A stretch of 64,000 nucleotides of DNA, taken from NCBI GenBank assembly GCA_028748975.1, contig JAQTPI010000001.1, forward strand, positions 64,354 through 128,353, given 5' to 3'. The position numbers and the translations under genes are program-made. Each line of letters opens with the position of its first letter. Position 1 is the first letter of the stretch. The notes beneath the pieces were generated by a model. It did no database searches. It had not been told where the DNA came from and was given only the letters and a program-made list of their open reading frames with translations. The stretch is from Patescibacteria group bacterium. GTDB taxonomy: Bacteria; Patescibacteriota; Patescibacteriia; UBA2196. Shown piece by piece: positions 11,801 through 21,293 of this stretch.

Positions 11801-12415
11801 TTTAGTGGCGATTAAAGGCGCGCCTGTTTTTATTGACAGCGCCGCGATTTTTTCAAAATATTCTTCCTGGCCTTTAATATTTTCTCCCAGATAAACCATT
11901 TCCAGATAAAAATTTTCCGCGCCGAAAATTTCCTGATATTCGCGCGTTAATTTTTCCGCCAATTCCAAATTATCTTCGCGCAGCGCCCGATTAATTTCGC
12001 CGGCCCAGCAAGCGGAAGAACCGATCAGTCCTTCGGCATATTTTTTCAAAACTTCTTTATCCAAGCGCGGTTTGTAATAGAATCCATCAAGCTGCGCGAT
12101 GGTGGCCAATTCTATCAAATTATGATAACCGACATTATTTTTGGCGAGTAAAATCAAATGCGCTGCTTTCTCATCCAGTTTTGTTTTTTTATAAATCAAG
12201 CGGCGCGGGGCGACATAGGCCTCCATGCCGATAATTGGTTTCACCCCCATTTTTTTGGCGAGTTGATAAAATTCCAAAGCGCCGTACATGGCGCCGTGGT
12301 CGGTCAGCGCCATGGCCGGAATTTTGTATTCCAAACATTTCTTGAGATAATCCTCAAGTTTCGGCAGTCCGTCCAAGAGAGAATAGTGGGAGTGGTTGTG
12401 GAGGGGGATGTACAT
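8843..12415 (-). CDS. dnaE: DNA polymerase III alpha subunit
   Basis: HSHYSLLDG, TDHG, RGSAAGS, PDIDMDF, YGFNKAHA. Confidence 0.98.
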   Translation of the reverse strand: MYIPLHNHSHYSLLDGLPKLEDYLKKCLEYKIPAMALTDHGAMYGALEFYQLAKKMGVKPIIGMEAYVAPRRLIYKKTKLDEKAAHLILLAKNNVGYHNLIELATIAQLDGFYYKPRLDKEVLKKYAEGLIGSSACWAGEINRALREDNLELAEKLTREYQEIFGAENFYLEMVYLGENIKGQEEYFEKIAALSIKTGAPLIATKDSHYINKVDAEAQDVMLAINTGSTVDTPGRLSMLEFDCSFASPEVMEEKFKKYPGAIENTAKIADQCEVKLELGKWNFPAIELPENKTAEEVLRENARDGLSKKIPNTPQNYLERLEYELEIIIKKGYAPYFLVVADLINWSRENGIVMTTRGSAAGSLVSFAIGIITIDPIAFKLPFERFLNPFRPSPPDIDMDFADNRRDEMIEYATKKYGADKVAQICTFGTMMARGSVRDVTRALGIPYEYGDKLAKMIPFGSQGFAMTIEAAMGINPELKMEYENNPDAKRIIELAQKIEGCCRHTSIHAAGVLIAPRKITEFVPLQRDPSGRKKITQYEMGAAEAAGLLKFDFLGITNLSIMGEAIKLIKKTKGVEIDLAKVPFDDKKTYELLAKGETIGVFQLSSSGMTKYLIDLKPTNIFDIMAMVALYRPGPMESIPEFIRRKHNPTLVTYPDPRMKDVLDMSLGLLIYQEDIMLSAIHLAGYNWDEADKFRKAMGKKIPAEMMAQEDKFKAGCVAGGLSQEKTDALWELIKPFAAYGFNKAHAASYGIVAYLTAYLKANFPTEYMTMVLSMESDDAEKVAAAVQEAKKMGIKILPPDINESRLNFTYISDAEIRFGFLAIKNLGADVINVIVAEREKNGPFKSFEDLLKRVQGRTLNKKSLEALAMSGALDSFAERGTIMANMDLILGYIKNSKKETDDRQTSLFATAPKAGEDPGLLPLNLKATAATDIKTKLQWEKELLGLYVSSHPFAEVATLLTGRVRSLNEIKAINREEKIISAGIISTIKKIFTKTNEPMLFVGLEDLNSGLEIIVFPSVLKKTSELWVEGRPVVVVGKLSYKDDEAKVLVDSAFQIFPETAEEILTTAEKALANGNGYSNKNNNSNSSNNSNSGNGFYAPRYNKPAAPVAYTAVANQVWIKLPKYFNTEIHLQIKAVFLEHPGNHQVMLTVEQTGVLRKIQTSYKIKYSDALKARIEEITGEGSVAVK

Positions 12416-12486
12416 GATAAAATAAAAAATTAAAAATAAAATATAAAAATTTTGGTTTGCCACTGCTGTGGCACGAATGATAATAA

Positions 12487-12652
12487 ACCCCTCCCAAACC
12501 CTCCCCTTAGTAAGGGGAGGAGCTTACGATGAGCTCCCCTCCTTTATAAGGAGGGGGTTGGGGGAGGTATTTGTATATTCGCCGCTAGGCGCGTCGCCAT
12601 CTCCTCCTTAAGAAGGAGGAGACCAAGAGGAGGTTAACTCGCCGATAGGCGC
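12487..12652. repeat. cluster of CCCCTCC-type palindromes with TCGCCGMTAGGCGC tags
   Basis: three stem-loops and two copies of the 14-mer. Confidence 0.8.
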
Positions 12653-12867
12653 ATATAATTTTCCGAAATATTTTTATCTTTTCTACCATCATTTTATCAG
12701 AACACCAGCCAGGTGGCAATCGTGGAAAAGTCAATTATTTTTTTAGTGCTGGTTGACAAATGTTTTAAAAAGGTATATAATGCCCTTATCGGGTAAAAAC
12801 CCTAAAAATCTTTAATTTTGCTTTGCCCGAGGCAAAAATTAAGGGAACAAAAGAGGAGGATTTTAAA

Positions 12868-13758
12868 ATGGGAGTTTTACAAACAAGGACCGTGACGACG
12901 TATACGCTGGCCAATGCTTTGCTGGCGGCGGAGGAAATTTTGGGCAAGGGACGCAAGTGGCTGGCGGCCAATCGAACACAGGATGCATATTTGAAGGATT
13001 TTTTCCTGCCCAAGGAAGCGCTGGCCATTCCGGAGGTGGAGAGCAAAACGTCTTGGGATAATGAGGTTCTGAACGCTTTTCTGCGTGAAAAAGGATTCGA
13101 CATCCAATTATCACCCTTTGATTCAAGTACATTCGGCGTGGTGAGTATTCTGGATCTTTTGATCCACTGGCTGGTCAAGGGTGAAAAACGAACCTTGAAC
13201 GCGGTGGATAAGAAAAATTATCCGGCGGTTTTTTTGAAGCACGGAGTGATGGTCGGCAGGGTTTCGGGAGCGGGACACGAATATCCGATAGCAAGAATTG
13301 AAACCCAAAAACCGGATGGCAGTGAAGCCGGCAAGACCGTGGTCTATATGACACCGTGTGATAATCCGCCGGAAGATGGATTTGACCTGATTCGTTTGGT
13401 CACCAGATTTTCTAATTGTTTCACACTGGATCATGAATACGAAGGCGTGACATTCCCGATGATTGACTTGGACGTCAAACCGAATGTCAGTTGGTTGTTG
13501 CAAATGTCAACAACCGACCAAGGCGGGCAGCCCTGGGAGATATCCCAGGCAATGCAGCAGACCAAACTCCGTCTAAACGAAATCGGTGTTCATCTTAAGG
13601 ATGCGATGGCGATTGGAGTTCGGTGTATAAGTCTTCCTAAACAGCCTTTTGAAATTGATCGGCCGTTTCTGCTGTGGGTTACGCGCCAGGGGCTGAGTTT
13701 CCCTCTTTTTACGGGCTTTCTCCGCCCGGATGTCTGGAAGGAACCGGCGGCGTTATAA
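12868..13758 (+). CDS. serpin-like protein (degenerate; islet)
   Basis: C-terminal ISQAMQQTKLRLNEIG...FEIDRPFLLWV...PLFTGFL resembles the serpin signature; promoter 12753-12781; GAGGAGG SD. Confidence 0.6.
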   Translation: MGVLQTRTVTTYTLANALLAAEEILGKGRKWLAANRTQDAYLKDFFLPKEALAIPEVESKTSWDNEVLNAFLREKGFDIQLSPFDSSTFGVVSILDLLIHWLVKGEKRTLNAVDKKNYPAVFLKHGVMVGRVSGAGHEYPIARIETQKPDGSEAGKTVVYMTPCDNPPEDGFDLIRLVTRFSNCFTLDHEYEGVTFPMIDLDVKPNVSWLLQMSTTDQGGQPWEISQAMQQTKLRLNEIGVHLKDAMAIGVRCISLPKQPFEIDRPFLLWVTRQGLSFPLFTGFLRPDVWKEPAAL

Positions 13759-13832
13759 AACACAGCAATACAAATCAAAACCCTCACCATTTGCTTGGTG
13801 GGGGTTTTATATTTTTTATAATTTAATTCAAC

Positions 13833-14135
13833 CTATTCCGCTTTCTTGCTTTTTTTCTCGGCTTTACCTTGTTTCTTCTCTTTCACATACCCAATAATTT
13901 TACCAATGCCAGTGGCGGCCAAATCAATGTATTCGGCGGTTTTTTCAAAACGCTCTTTGGCTTGCTTGGAAATGTCTTCCAGCGCTTTCAGTTTTTTTCT
14001 GATGCTTCTCGTGATGACATACACGTGGCGGACAATCATAATCACATAAAAAAGCCACCAGCAGACGAAAATGGTGAACCAGAGCAGACAAAAAGCAATG
14101 ACGATGTATAAAAGGTCTAAGGAATTGTTGAGCAT
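13833..14135 (-). CDS. small membrane protein with coiled-coil tail
   Basis: single TM followed by a charged helix. Confidence 0.75.
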   Translation of the reverse strand: MLNNSLDLLYIVIAFCLLWFTIFVCWWLFYVIMIVRHVYVITRSIRKKLKALEDISKQAKERFEKTAEYIDLAATGIGKIIGYVKEKKQGKAEKKSKKAE

Positions 14136-14254
14136 GGGAGTTGTCTCGCGAATTCCTCGCGAATTACCGGCGAATGAATCGCGAATATTAATTGTGGATA
14201 AGTATAGTATAGCATTTTTTTGTTTTCAAAACAAATGTATGGTATAATAAAAAT

Positions 14255-15139
14255 ATGGATCAAATAGACTACAATAAATGGTATTATAAAATCATCTATT
14301 TTTTCATCGTTAATCAGGTGGCCCTTAAGCGCGCCTTGATTGTTGTTTTAATTGTTGTTAATATGATCTTCTGGGGATGGAGTGTGCCCAAATGGACGGA
14401 TTATTTTTTGACCTCTCAACAACATAATGCTTCCCTGGCGCAACTTAATAACATTAATTATAACGCTCTCAAAGGTTGTAATAGTTTAACCAGTGCTAAT
14501 GTTTCTTTGGTCAAAGCTTTGGTCAGTTCCGACACTTCCGACCAATATAATTTTTTAGCAAAAATTACCAATCCTAATGCCAAGTGTTTGGTAAAAAAAA
14601 TTAGATATTATTTCACCTATCAAGGTCATCAGCAAATCAATAATATTTATCACGAAGATTTTATTTTACCGGGGGAGACCAAATACCTTTTTTCTTTTAA
14701 CGAAGAAATTGATATGCCGGTGATCTCGGCAGTGGAATTAAAAATTGAAAGCGAAGAACTCCAACCCTTGCGTGACCTTAAAAACCTATCTCTTTTGAAA
14801 GATTTAAGTTATGAAAAGGCGCGGTTGGAAAATTTAGACGAGTCCACCATTGTTACTTTTAACGCCGTGAATGACACCCCCTATGATTTATGGCAGGTTG
14901 GTTATCAAGTTGTCTTGTATGCCGATAGCAATAAAACCACCCCTCTCGCCATGGGTTACACCACCGTTACTAATTTTTTAGCCGATTCCAAAGAGCCCGC
15001 GGCCGTTACTTGGTTTAAAGATTTTATTTCTCCTTCTCTGGTTGTGGAAATTATTCCGGATTTGAATGTTTTTGCGGCCAATATTTTTATGGAACGGGTT
15101 TATGAACCGGGTATTCCTCAGGGATTAGAGACAGAATAG
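14255..15139 (+). CDS. membrane-anchored hypothetical protein
   Basis: N-terminal TM, 294 aa. Confidence 0.75.
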   Translation: MDQIDYNKWYYKIIYFFIVNQVALKRALIVVLIVVNMIFWGWSVPKWTDYFLTSQQHNASLAQLNNINYNALKGCNSLTSANVSLVKALVSSDTSDQYNFLAKITNPNAKCLVKKIRYYFTYQGHQQINNIYHEDFILPGETKYLFSFNEEIDMPVISAVELKIESEELQPLRDLKNLSLLKDLSYEKARLENLDESTIVTFNAVNDTPYDLWQVGYQVVLYADSNKTTPLAMGYTTVTNFLADSKEPAAVTWFKDFISPSLVVEIIPDLNVFAANIFMERVYEPGIPQGLETE

Positions 15140-15175
15140 GACCTATCAATAAGTCCTATAAGTCTTATAGGTCTT

Positions 15176-16276
15176 ATGTTAAATATTTCTCTAAAAAATT
15201 TTGATTGGTCGTTTTTTGCGGTGACGGTGCTTTTGATTTGTGTTGGGCTGACCATGATTTACAGCGTGACCTTAAGCCAAGAAGTGCCTGACTACTCGCT
15301 GCTTTGGAAGCAAGCGATTTTTTTTGCCATTGGCCTCATCTTGCTGTTTGTTTTTACCTCCTTTGACTATCGCACCCTCGGTTCTTTGAGTTGGTTGATT
15401 TATTTTTTATCACTTTTCCTGCTGTTGGCCGTTTTGTTTTTTGGCACCACCATCCATGGCACCCGCGGCTGGTTTAATTTTTTTGGTTTAAGTTTTCAGC
15501 CGGTGGAATTGGCCAAACTGACCATGATTATTTTTTTGGCCAAATTTTTTTCCAATCGGATGAGCCGCGACCGCTTGGCTCTCAAAACTATTTTTTCTTC
15601 CATATTTTTATTAATCGCGCCAATTGCTCTCATCATGCTCCAGCCGGATTTTGGCTCCGCCCTGATTATTTTTGCTGGCTGGCTCTTGATGGTTTGGTTC
15701 GCCGGCTTAAGTAGGAAGCACGCTTTAATACTTATAATTTTATTGATTATCATCGCCTCCATCAGTTGGTTGTTTGTCTTACAGGATTACCAAAAAGAAC
15801 GTTTCTTAAATTTTTTAAATTCTAATCGCGATCCCTTAAATGAGGGTTATAATGTGCGCCAATCCATTATTGCCGTTGGTTCTGGGGGTTTTTTGGGTCG
15901 TGGTTTGGGCTTTGGTCCGCAAAGCCAGTTGCGGTTTTTGCCGGAAACTTCGGCCGATTTCATTTTTGCTTCGCTTGCCGAAGAGCTTGGTTTTTGGGGC
16001 GTCCTTCTGGTCGTGGGTCTTTACGGAATTTTTTTCTGGCGTCTTTACCAAGCCGTAAAATTGGCGCGCGATAATTTCTCCACGCTTTTAATACTTGGCA
16101 TCTCCGCCATGTTTTTGTTTCAATTTTTCATCAATATTGGCATGGCTGTCGGCCTTTTGCCGGTCACCGGCCTACCCCTGCCTTTCATCAGTTCCGGCGG
16201 CACTTTCTTGATTATCAGTCTAATCACCGTCGGCATTGTGGAAAGCATGATCATGCGGAATAAGGGAGTGGTGTAA
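15176..16276 (+). CDS. rodA: SEDS peptidoglycan glycosyltransferase RodA
   Basis: FQPVELAK, QPDFGS, QSIIAVGSGG, FLPE, TGLPLPFISSGG. Confidence 0.93.
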   Translation: MLNISLKNFDWSFFAVTVLLICVGLTMIYSVTLSQEVPDYSLLWKQAIFFAIGLILLFVFTSFDYRTLGSLSWLIYFLSLFLLLAVLFFGTTIHGTRGWFNFFGLSFQPVELAKLTMIIFLAKFFSNRMSRDRLALKTIFSSIFLLIAPIALIMLQPDFGSALIIFAGWLLMVWFAGLSRKHALILIILLIIIASISWLFVLQDYQKERFLNFLNSNRDPLNEGYNVRQSIIAVGSGGFLGRGLGFGPQSQLRFLPETSADFIFASLAEELGFWGVLLVVGLYGIFFWRLYQAVKLARDNFSTLLILGISAMFLFQFFINIGMAVGLLPVTGLPLPFISSGGTFLIISLITVGIVESMIMRNKGVV

Positions 16277-16329
16277 GAAAATTTTTAATTTTATAATTTT
16301 TAATTTCTAATGACGCCATCGTCGCGACT

Positions 16330-16512
16330 GCCGCCTTAAAAAAGTTTTGGTATAAAATTGAGCTGACTGGAAGCGGTTCTCCGCCCGAGGCGGAGAAAAG
16401 TCCGCTTCTGTCTGACGCCGTTCCGCCGAAGCTCAACAGAGCGAGGCGGAACAAGGAGTTAACGGACTTAGCGACCAGGAAGCCAATTTTGTCAAAACTT
16501 TTTTACAGCGGC
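16330..16512. repeat. about 180-bp imperfect palindrome with nested TCCGCC..GGCGGA units (MITE-like or structured RNA)
   Basis: arms GCCGCC..AAAAAAGTTTTGG and TCAAAACTTTTTT..GCGGC. Confidence 0.5.
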
Positions 16513-16643
16513 GCTTTTGGCGCCACCTTTATAAAAAGGTGGCAAAAGAAAGTTTGACAAAAAAATTATTACATATTAGAATAAAAGTAATATAAATTAA
16601 GATCCAAACTGGTTAGAAACTCGTCAAACCAGCCTTTTATTTT

Positions 16644-17372
16644 ATGAGTAAAGATACTTTTGAACTTAAAGCGAATTTAAGAGAAGAACTCGGCCGAAGC
16701 GTGGAAAAACTGCGCGCGGAAAATTTTTTACCGGCCGTGATCTATGGCCATGGTTTTAATAACCAAAACATTGTTTTAAAAAACAGTGATTTTGAACGCG
16801 TCTTTCGCGCTGCTGGCGAATCCAGCTTAATTGATCTGACTGTGGGTGAAGAAAAACCCATTAAAGTCTTGATTCATGACAAGCAAAACGATCCCATCAC
16901 CGGGGCTCCGATTCACGTTGATTTTTATAAAGTCAATATGGACGAAAAGATTAAAACCGAAGTGGAAATTGTTTTTGTGGGCGAATCAAGCGCGGTCAAA
17001 GATTTGGGCGGCGTCTTAATCAAAACTTTGGAAAAATTGCATATTGAATGTTTGCCCGGCGACTTAATCCACAGCGTGGAAGTTGATTTATCGGTGTTAA
17101 AACAAATTGGCGATGTGGTGCGCGTGGCCGATTTGAAAATCCCAGCCAATATTTTGGTTTTAAACAATCCGGAAAATCCGGTGGTTTTGGTGGAGGAAAT
17201 GAAAGTAGAGGTCTTTAAGGAAGAAACTCCGGCTGTTGCTCCTGGCGCTGAAGGTGCCACTCCTCCGCCGACTGAAGCTGAAGCTGCCGCGGCCGCCGCG
17301 GGTGAAACTGAAACGGGCGCCCAGCCAATGGCAGGAGCGGAAGATAAAAAAGATAAAAAAGATAAAAAATAA
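16644..17372 (+). CDS. rplY: 50S ribosomal protein L25 (CTC type)
   Basis: PAVIYG, HVDFY, acidic tail. Confidence 0.95.
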   Translation: MSKDTFELKANLREELGRSVEKLRAENFLPAVIYGHGFNNQNIVLKNSDFERVFRAAGESSLIDLTVGEEKPIKVLIHDKQNDPITGAPIHVDFYKVNMDEKIKTEVEIVFVGESSAVKDLGGVLIKTLEKLHIECLPGDLIHSVEVDLSVLKQIGDVVRVADLKIPANILVLNNPENPVVLVEEMKVEVFKEETPAVAPGAEGATPPPTEAEAAAAAAGETETGAQPMAGAEDKKDKKDKK

Positions 17373-17522
17373 TCAAATCGTGTTATAATAAAAGTAATAG
17401 ATTTAATCATTGATAATTTTTATCTAAAATTTTTATCCGCGTTGATCAGCGTTCTAATCAGCGTAAATCCGTGTTAGTGTTTTTTACTTGGATTATAATG
17501 TCATAACACTAAATATTACCCC

Positions 17523-18014
17523 ATGCTTTCCATGCTAAAATTTGAGAAAAAAAATCACCAGGGCTTCACTCTCATTGAACTTTTGGTGATCATCGCCATC
17601 ATTGGCCTGCTCGCCGCCATTGGCCTGGTGGCCCTGCAAAACGCGCGCGAAAAATCTCACGATGTCAAAAGAAAAGATGATGCCAAGCAGCTTTCTGCCG
17701 CTTTAGGTTTATATTTTAATGGCGTTGGTAATGGCACCTATCCGACCCAAACCACTTTTGCCTGTCTCCCTGCCAGTTCTTTGGCTACGGATTTAATCAG
17801 CGGCGCTAAATCCATCATGAGCAATCTGCCCAGCGACCCCCTGATTGGTTGGAATACTGTCAGCACGGGTTGCTATGCCTATCGCGGCGGCGACCAGGAT
17901 TTTAAAATTATTATAGCTTTGGAAAACGATACCGCTTTAATGGCCAATGATGGCGGAGTGCTTAATAATCGTTATGAAATTTATACGCCCGGCGCGCAAA
18001 GTTGGCAACCGTAA
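17523..18014 (+). CDS. type IV pilin / pseudopilin
   Basis: prepilin site QG-FTLIELLVIIAII. Confidence 0.9.
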   Translation: MLSMLKFEKKNHQGFTLIELLVIIAIIGLLAAIGLVALQNAREKSHDVKRKDDAKQLSAALGLYFNGVGNGTYPTQTTFACLPASSLATDLISGAKSIMSNLPSDPLIGWNTVSTGCYAYRGGDQDFKIIIALENDTALMANDGGVLNNRYEIYTPGAQSWQP

Positions 18015-18041
18015 GTTTTCTGCGGTTGTCATCTCAGAATT

Positions 18042-19109
18042 ATGGCTAAAAAAATAAAAATTAAATTTCCTAAACTTATTAAGATAGAATTAATTGCCGG
18101 CTTAATACTGGCAATTTTTTTGCTGATTTGCCATTTGGCTTACACCATACTTTATGGTGGTTCAACTGCGTCAAAAACCGAAGAAACAAAAGTTGAAGAA
18201 TGTAACAACAGGAGAATTTTGGATGGGATTTGTTTGGATAATGGCTTAGCAGAAAAATATCCCGTGGCCGTGATGATTGATAATCATCCTGATTCTTGGC
18301 CGCAGTTTGGTTTAAGCCGCGCGCAGATTGTTTATAATACTCTGGTGGAAGGCGGGCAAACCCGTCTCATGGCCGTTTATGCTGGTGGTCTAGCTGAACG
18401 GATTGGGCCGATTCGAAGTGCTCGGCCATATTATCTGGGTTGGGCCAAAGAACTGGATGCTTTTTATGGCCATTCCGGCGGGTCGCCCGAAGCCATCAAT
18501 ATTATTAAAAAAAATAATGTAAAAAATTTGGAAGAAGCCACGAGTTTCGGCCCCTTGTATTTTTGGCGCGATAAAAAATTCGCAGGGCCGCATAATCTTT
18601 TCACCTCTACCAAAAATTTGGAGCAGGCGAGTGTTGATTTTAATCTGGCCACCACCACACCAATAATTGAGTCCTGGCAGTTTAGTGAAAATAGTTTTAC
18701 TTCAGCCACAGAAACGACCACCAGAGTAGCCATCACTTATTCCACCTTAGGAATTTTTGATGTATCTTACAAATATAGTACTTCCACTAATAATTATTTA
18801 AGATTTCAAAACAGCGCGCCATTTATTGACGCTTTGGATAATAAACAAATTGAAATCAAAAACTTGATTATTCAATTTGTGCCCGCGGAAATTCATCTGG
18901 ATGCTGAAGATCGTTTGCGCCTTAACACCCTTGGCACCGGTTCGGCCTTCATTCTTTTTAATGGCCAGATTATCCGCGGCACCTGGCGCAAAATTGATTT
19001 TAATAGCCGCACCAAATTTTTTGACGCGGCCGGTGGTGAAATTATTTTTCCACCGGGAAATATCTGGGTAGAAGTGGTGCCGGGGAGTAGGGAAGTTATG
19101 GTTGAATAG
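18042..19109 (+). CDS. DUF3048 family protein
   Basis: AVMIDN, PQFGLSRA, VEGGQTR, GPIRSAR, HSGGS, PHN. Confidence 0.88.
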   Translation: MAKKIKIKFPKLIKIELIAGLILAIFLLICHLAYTILYGGSTASKTEETKVEECNNRRILDGICLDNGLAEKYPVAVMIDNHPDSWPQFGLSRAQIVYNTLVEGGQTRLMAVYAGGLAERIGPIRSARPYYLGWAKELDAFYGHSGGSPEAINIIKKNNVKNLEEATSFGPLYFWRDKKFAGPHNLFTSTKNLEQASVDFNLATTTPIIESWQFSENSFTSATETTTRVAITYSTLGIFDVSYKYSTSTNNYLRFQNSAPFIDALDNKQIEIKNLIIQFVPAEIHLDAEDRLRLNTLGTGSAFILFNGQIIRGTWRKIDFNSRTKFFDAAGGEIIFPPGNIWVEVVPGSREVMVE

Positions 19110-19114
19110 CCAAT

Positions 19115-19163
19115 AGTTTATCCCGAGCGGCCTTTTAGGGAAGTATTGAGCCGAGGGATCTCG
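19115..19163 (+). repeat. post-stop repeat, copy 2
   Basis: AGTTTATCCCGAGCGGCC...GCCGAGGGATCTCG. Confidence 0.85.
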
Positions 19164-19382
19164 ATCATTTTTTCCCGAATTCTTACGAATGTTGTCAGAA
19201 TGTTTCCGAATGATGATAATCGTAATATTCGGGTAAATTCGGGGGTTATTCGTACTAATTCGGGCTATCTTATTGACTACTTGACACAAAAAATCAGGCA
19301 CGATACGATGGAATTGTTAGAAAATATCTTCTAATAATAAACCAAAAAACTGCCAATCTTGGCAGTAAAAAAGGAGGTTAAT

Positions 19383-19553
19383 ATGAATACCTTTTGGATT
19401 GTATTGTCGTGGGTGGCTTTTTTTGGATTCATTGGGCTGTTTGTCCGACGTTCCAATAAGACCACCAGCCGTCCAGCCGGCAGCGGATTTCGCGGCCGGG
19501 AAAGCGGCTGGTCGCGACCGCCAGAGCGGCGCCACCACCCATTTTTTGGGTAA
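19383..19553 (+). CDS. small membrane protein (islet)
   Basis: promoter 19281-19309, AGGAGG SD, terminator near 19568-19602. Confidence 0.6.
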   Translation: MNTFWIVLSWVAFFGFIGLFVRRSNKTTSRPAGSGFRGRESGWSRPPERRHHPFFG

Positions 19554-19734
19554 AACACCAACAATTGAACCGCTAAGCGTCATGCGCTTCGCGGTTCTTT
19601 TTTATTTATTTTGGGAGCTTGACAAAAAATTCCAGATGCGCTATAATGAAATAAGTAAAAAATGGGCAAGAAAGCCCATAGCGACTCACACCGCTTAAGT
19701 GTGAAAATTCAAAACAAAAAAGAAGGAGGACAAA

Positions 19735-20184
19735 ATGTCCACGGATCAGCCAAAAACGAAATTATCAAAAGGAGATAAGTACAGCTTACTTATTGGCCTA
19801 GTAATTGTCTTATTTTTTTGTTTTTTTGGTTTTATTGATGTGTATTATGGGAACAAGAAGGTGGTGTTTGAAGACGAAAATTATAAGGTTTATGAGATAG
19901 GGTCCAATTATGTTTATGGCGGTGCTGGTATCATCGTTTTAAACAAAAAAGCCAAAAAAGATACCAGCCAGACGTGGAAAAAAGAATTCACTTCTTCCGA
20001 TCATGATCTCATTAACAAGGGTAATATCACTGATTGGGGCCGCACTTTTTACGGCGAAAGGACTTGGGCACAAAGACAAGGCGCGGTATTTATCGCTCAT
20101 GGTAATCTCGTAGCCTATTATTCTGTTGGAAACTATGGGTGCTATTATCCAACCGTAACCAATGTTGAATATGCCAAAAAATAA
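19735..20184 (+). CDS. membrane-anchored hypothetical protein (islet)
   Basis: promoter 19619-19647, AAGGAGG SD, terminator 20200-20230. Confidence 0.75.
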   Translation: MSTDQPKTKLSKGDKYSLLIGLVIVLFFCFFGFIDVYYGNKKVVFEDENYKVYEIGSNYVYGGAGIIVLNKKAKKDTSQTWKKEFTSSDHDLINKGNITDWGRTFYGERTWAQRQGAVFIAHGNLVAYYSVGNYGCYYPTVTNVEYAKK

Positions 20185-20199
20185 AAATCACGCGGACGC

Positions 20200-20230
20200 A
20201 AAAACCTTAGCCACGAGCTAAGGTTTTTTT
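20200..20230. terminator. bidirectional terminator between convergent genes
   Basis: AAAAACCTTAGC-CACGA-GCTAAGGTTTTT. Confidence 0.8.
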
Positions 20231-21293
20231 ATATTTTTATCACTGCCACTCGCCACTTCTTGGCCAAATCTTTCTTAAATTTCACATTTGCTTTGGGCAG
20301 GTGTTTTTTTATTAATTTTTCCAAAAGCGGTTTTTGAAATGGTAAAATTTCTAAAAATATTGTTAATTGTTTATTGTTTATTGTTAATTGTTTAATCTGT
20401 TTCAATAGTTTTTCATATAAAAATAATCCATTATTTTTTGCCACCAGTGCCGTGCGCGGTTCAAATTTTAATCCTTGATAATTCCGGCGGTAAATTTTTT
20501 CTGGTAAGTACGGTAAGTTGGCGGTAACAATAATTTTCATGTCATTTTGAAGCCCCGAAGGGGCTGATGGAATCTCAAGATCCCATCGGTCCGATTTTAT
20601 CGGACCTCGGGATGACAAAAGAAAATTAAGCAGGTCGCTTTTAATAAATCTTATTTTTTTAGTAAGTCCGTGCAACCGCGCGTTTTTTTTCGCCACGGCG
20701 AGCGCGCGCTCTGAAATATCAGTGGCGACAGCGTCAATTAACAGCCAACAATTAGCAACTAGCAAATTTTTTAGAATTGATATAATAAGACAACCACTTC
20801 CTGTGCCGACATCAATAATGATTATTTTTTGTTTTTTTGTCCCGAGTACTCGGGATTGTTTATTGTTAATTGTTAATTGATTAATTACTTCTTCCACCAT
20901 CATCTCCGTCTCCGGCCGGGGGATTAAAACATTTTTATTCACCCAGAAATCCAGCCCAAAAAATTCTTTCTGTCCTAAAATATACGCCACCGGCTCGTTT
21001 TTACTTCGCCGGGCAATAAATTTTTTATATTTTTTTTCTTGGGATTTAGTCAATTCAAGTTCCGGGTGAGCGTAGAGAAGAGATTTACCAATCGACGACC
21101 TCTCTCTATCTCTCCCCTTATTAAGGGGAGAGGGATGAACAACCCCCCCTCCTTTACAAGGAGAGGGTCGGGGGTGAGGTCGTTGGTTTAAAATATTTAC
21201 TAATAAAATTTCCGCGTCCAAACCCGCCGACTCAATTCCGGCTTCTTGTAATTTTTTAATAGCCCAATTTAAAATTTGACAGATTTTTGGCAT
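20229..21293 (-). CDS. prmC: release factor glutamine methyltransferase with multiple in-frame repeat insertions
   Basis: EPVAYILG, VLIPRPETE, DVGTGSG, ANLPY; adjacent to prfA. Confidence 0.93.
   Translation of the reverse strand: MPKICQILNWAIKKLQEAGIESAGLDAEILLVNILNQRPHPRPSPCKGGGVVHPSPLNKGRDRERSSIGKSLLYAHPELELTKSQEKKYKKFIARRSKNEPVAYILGQKEFFGLDFWVNKNVLIPRPETEMMVEEVINQLTINNKQSRVLGTKKQKIIIIDVGTGSGCLIISILKNLLVANCWLLIDAVATDISERALAVAKKNARLHGLTKKIRFIKSDLLNFLLSSRGPIKSDRWDLEIPSAPSGLQNDMKIIVTANLPYLPEKIYRRNYQGLKFEPRTALVAKNNGLFLYEKLLKQIKQLTINNKQLTIFLEILPFQKPLLEKLIKKHLPKANVKFKKDLAKKWRVAVIKI

Noticed and set aside
8843-12415. Intein in DnaE
   Set aside because: Length is normal and there are no splicing motifs; the only insert is a short Asn/Ser tract
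16330-16512. tRNA, tmRNA or RNase P RNA
   Set aside because: No cloverleaf, T-loop, CCA end or RNase P conserved motifs recognised
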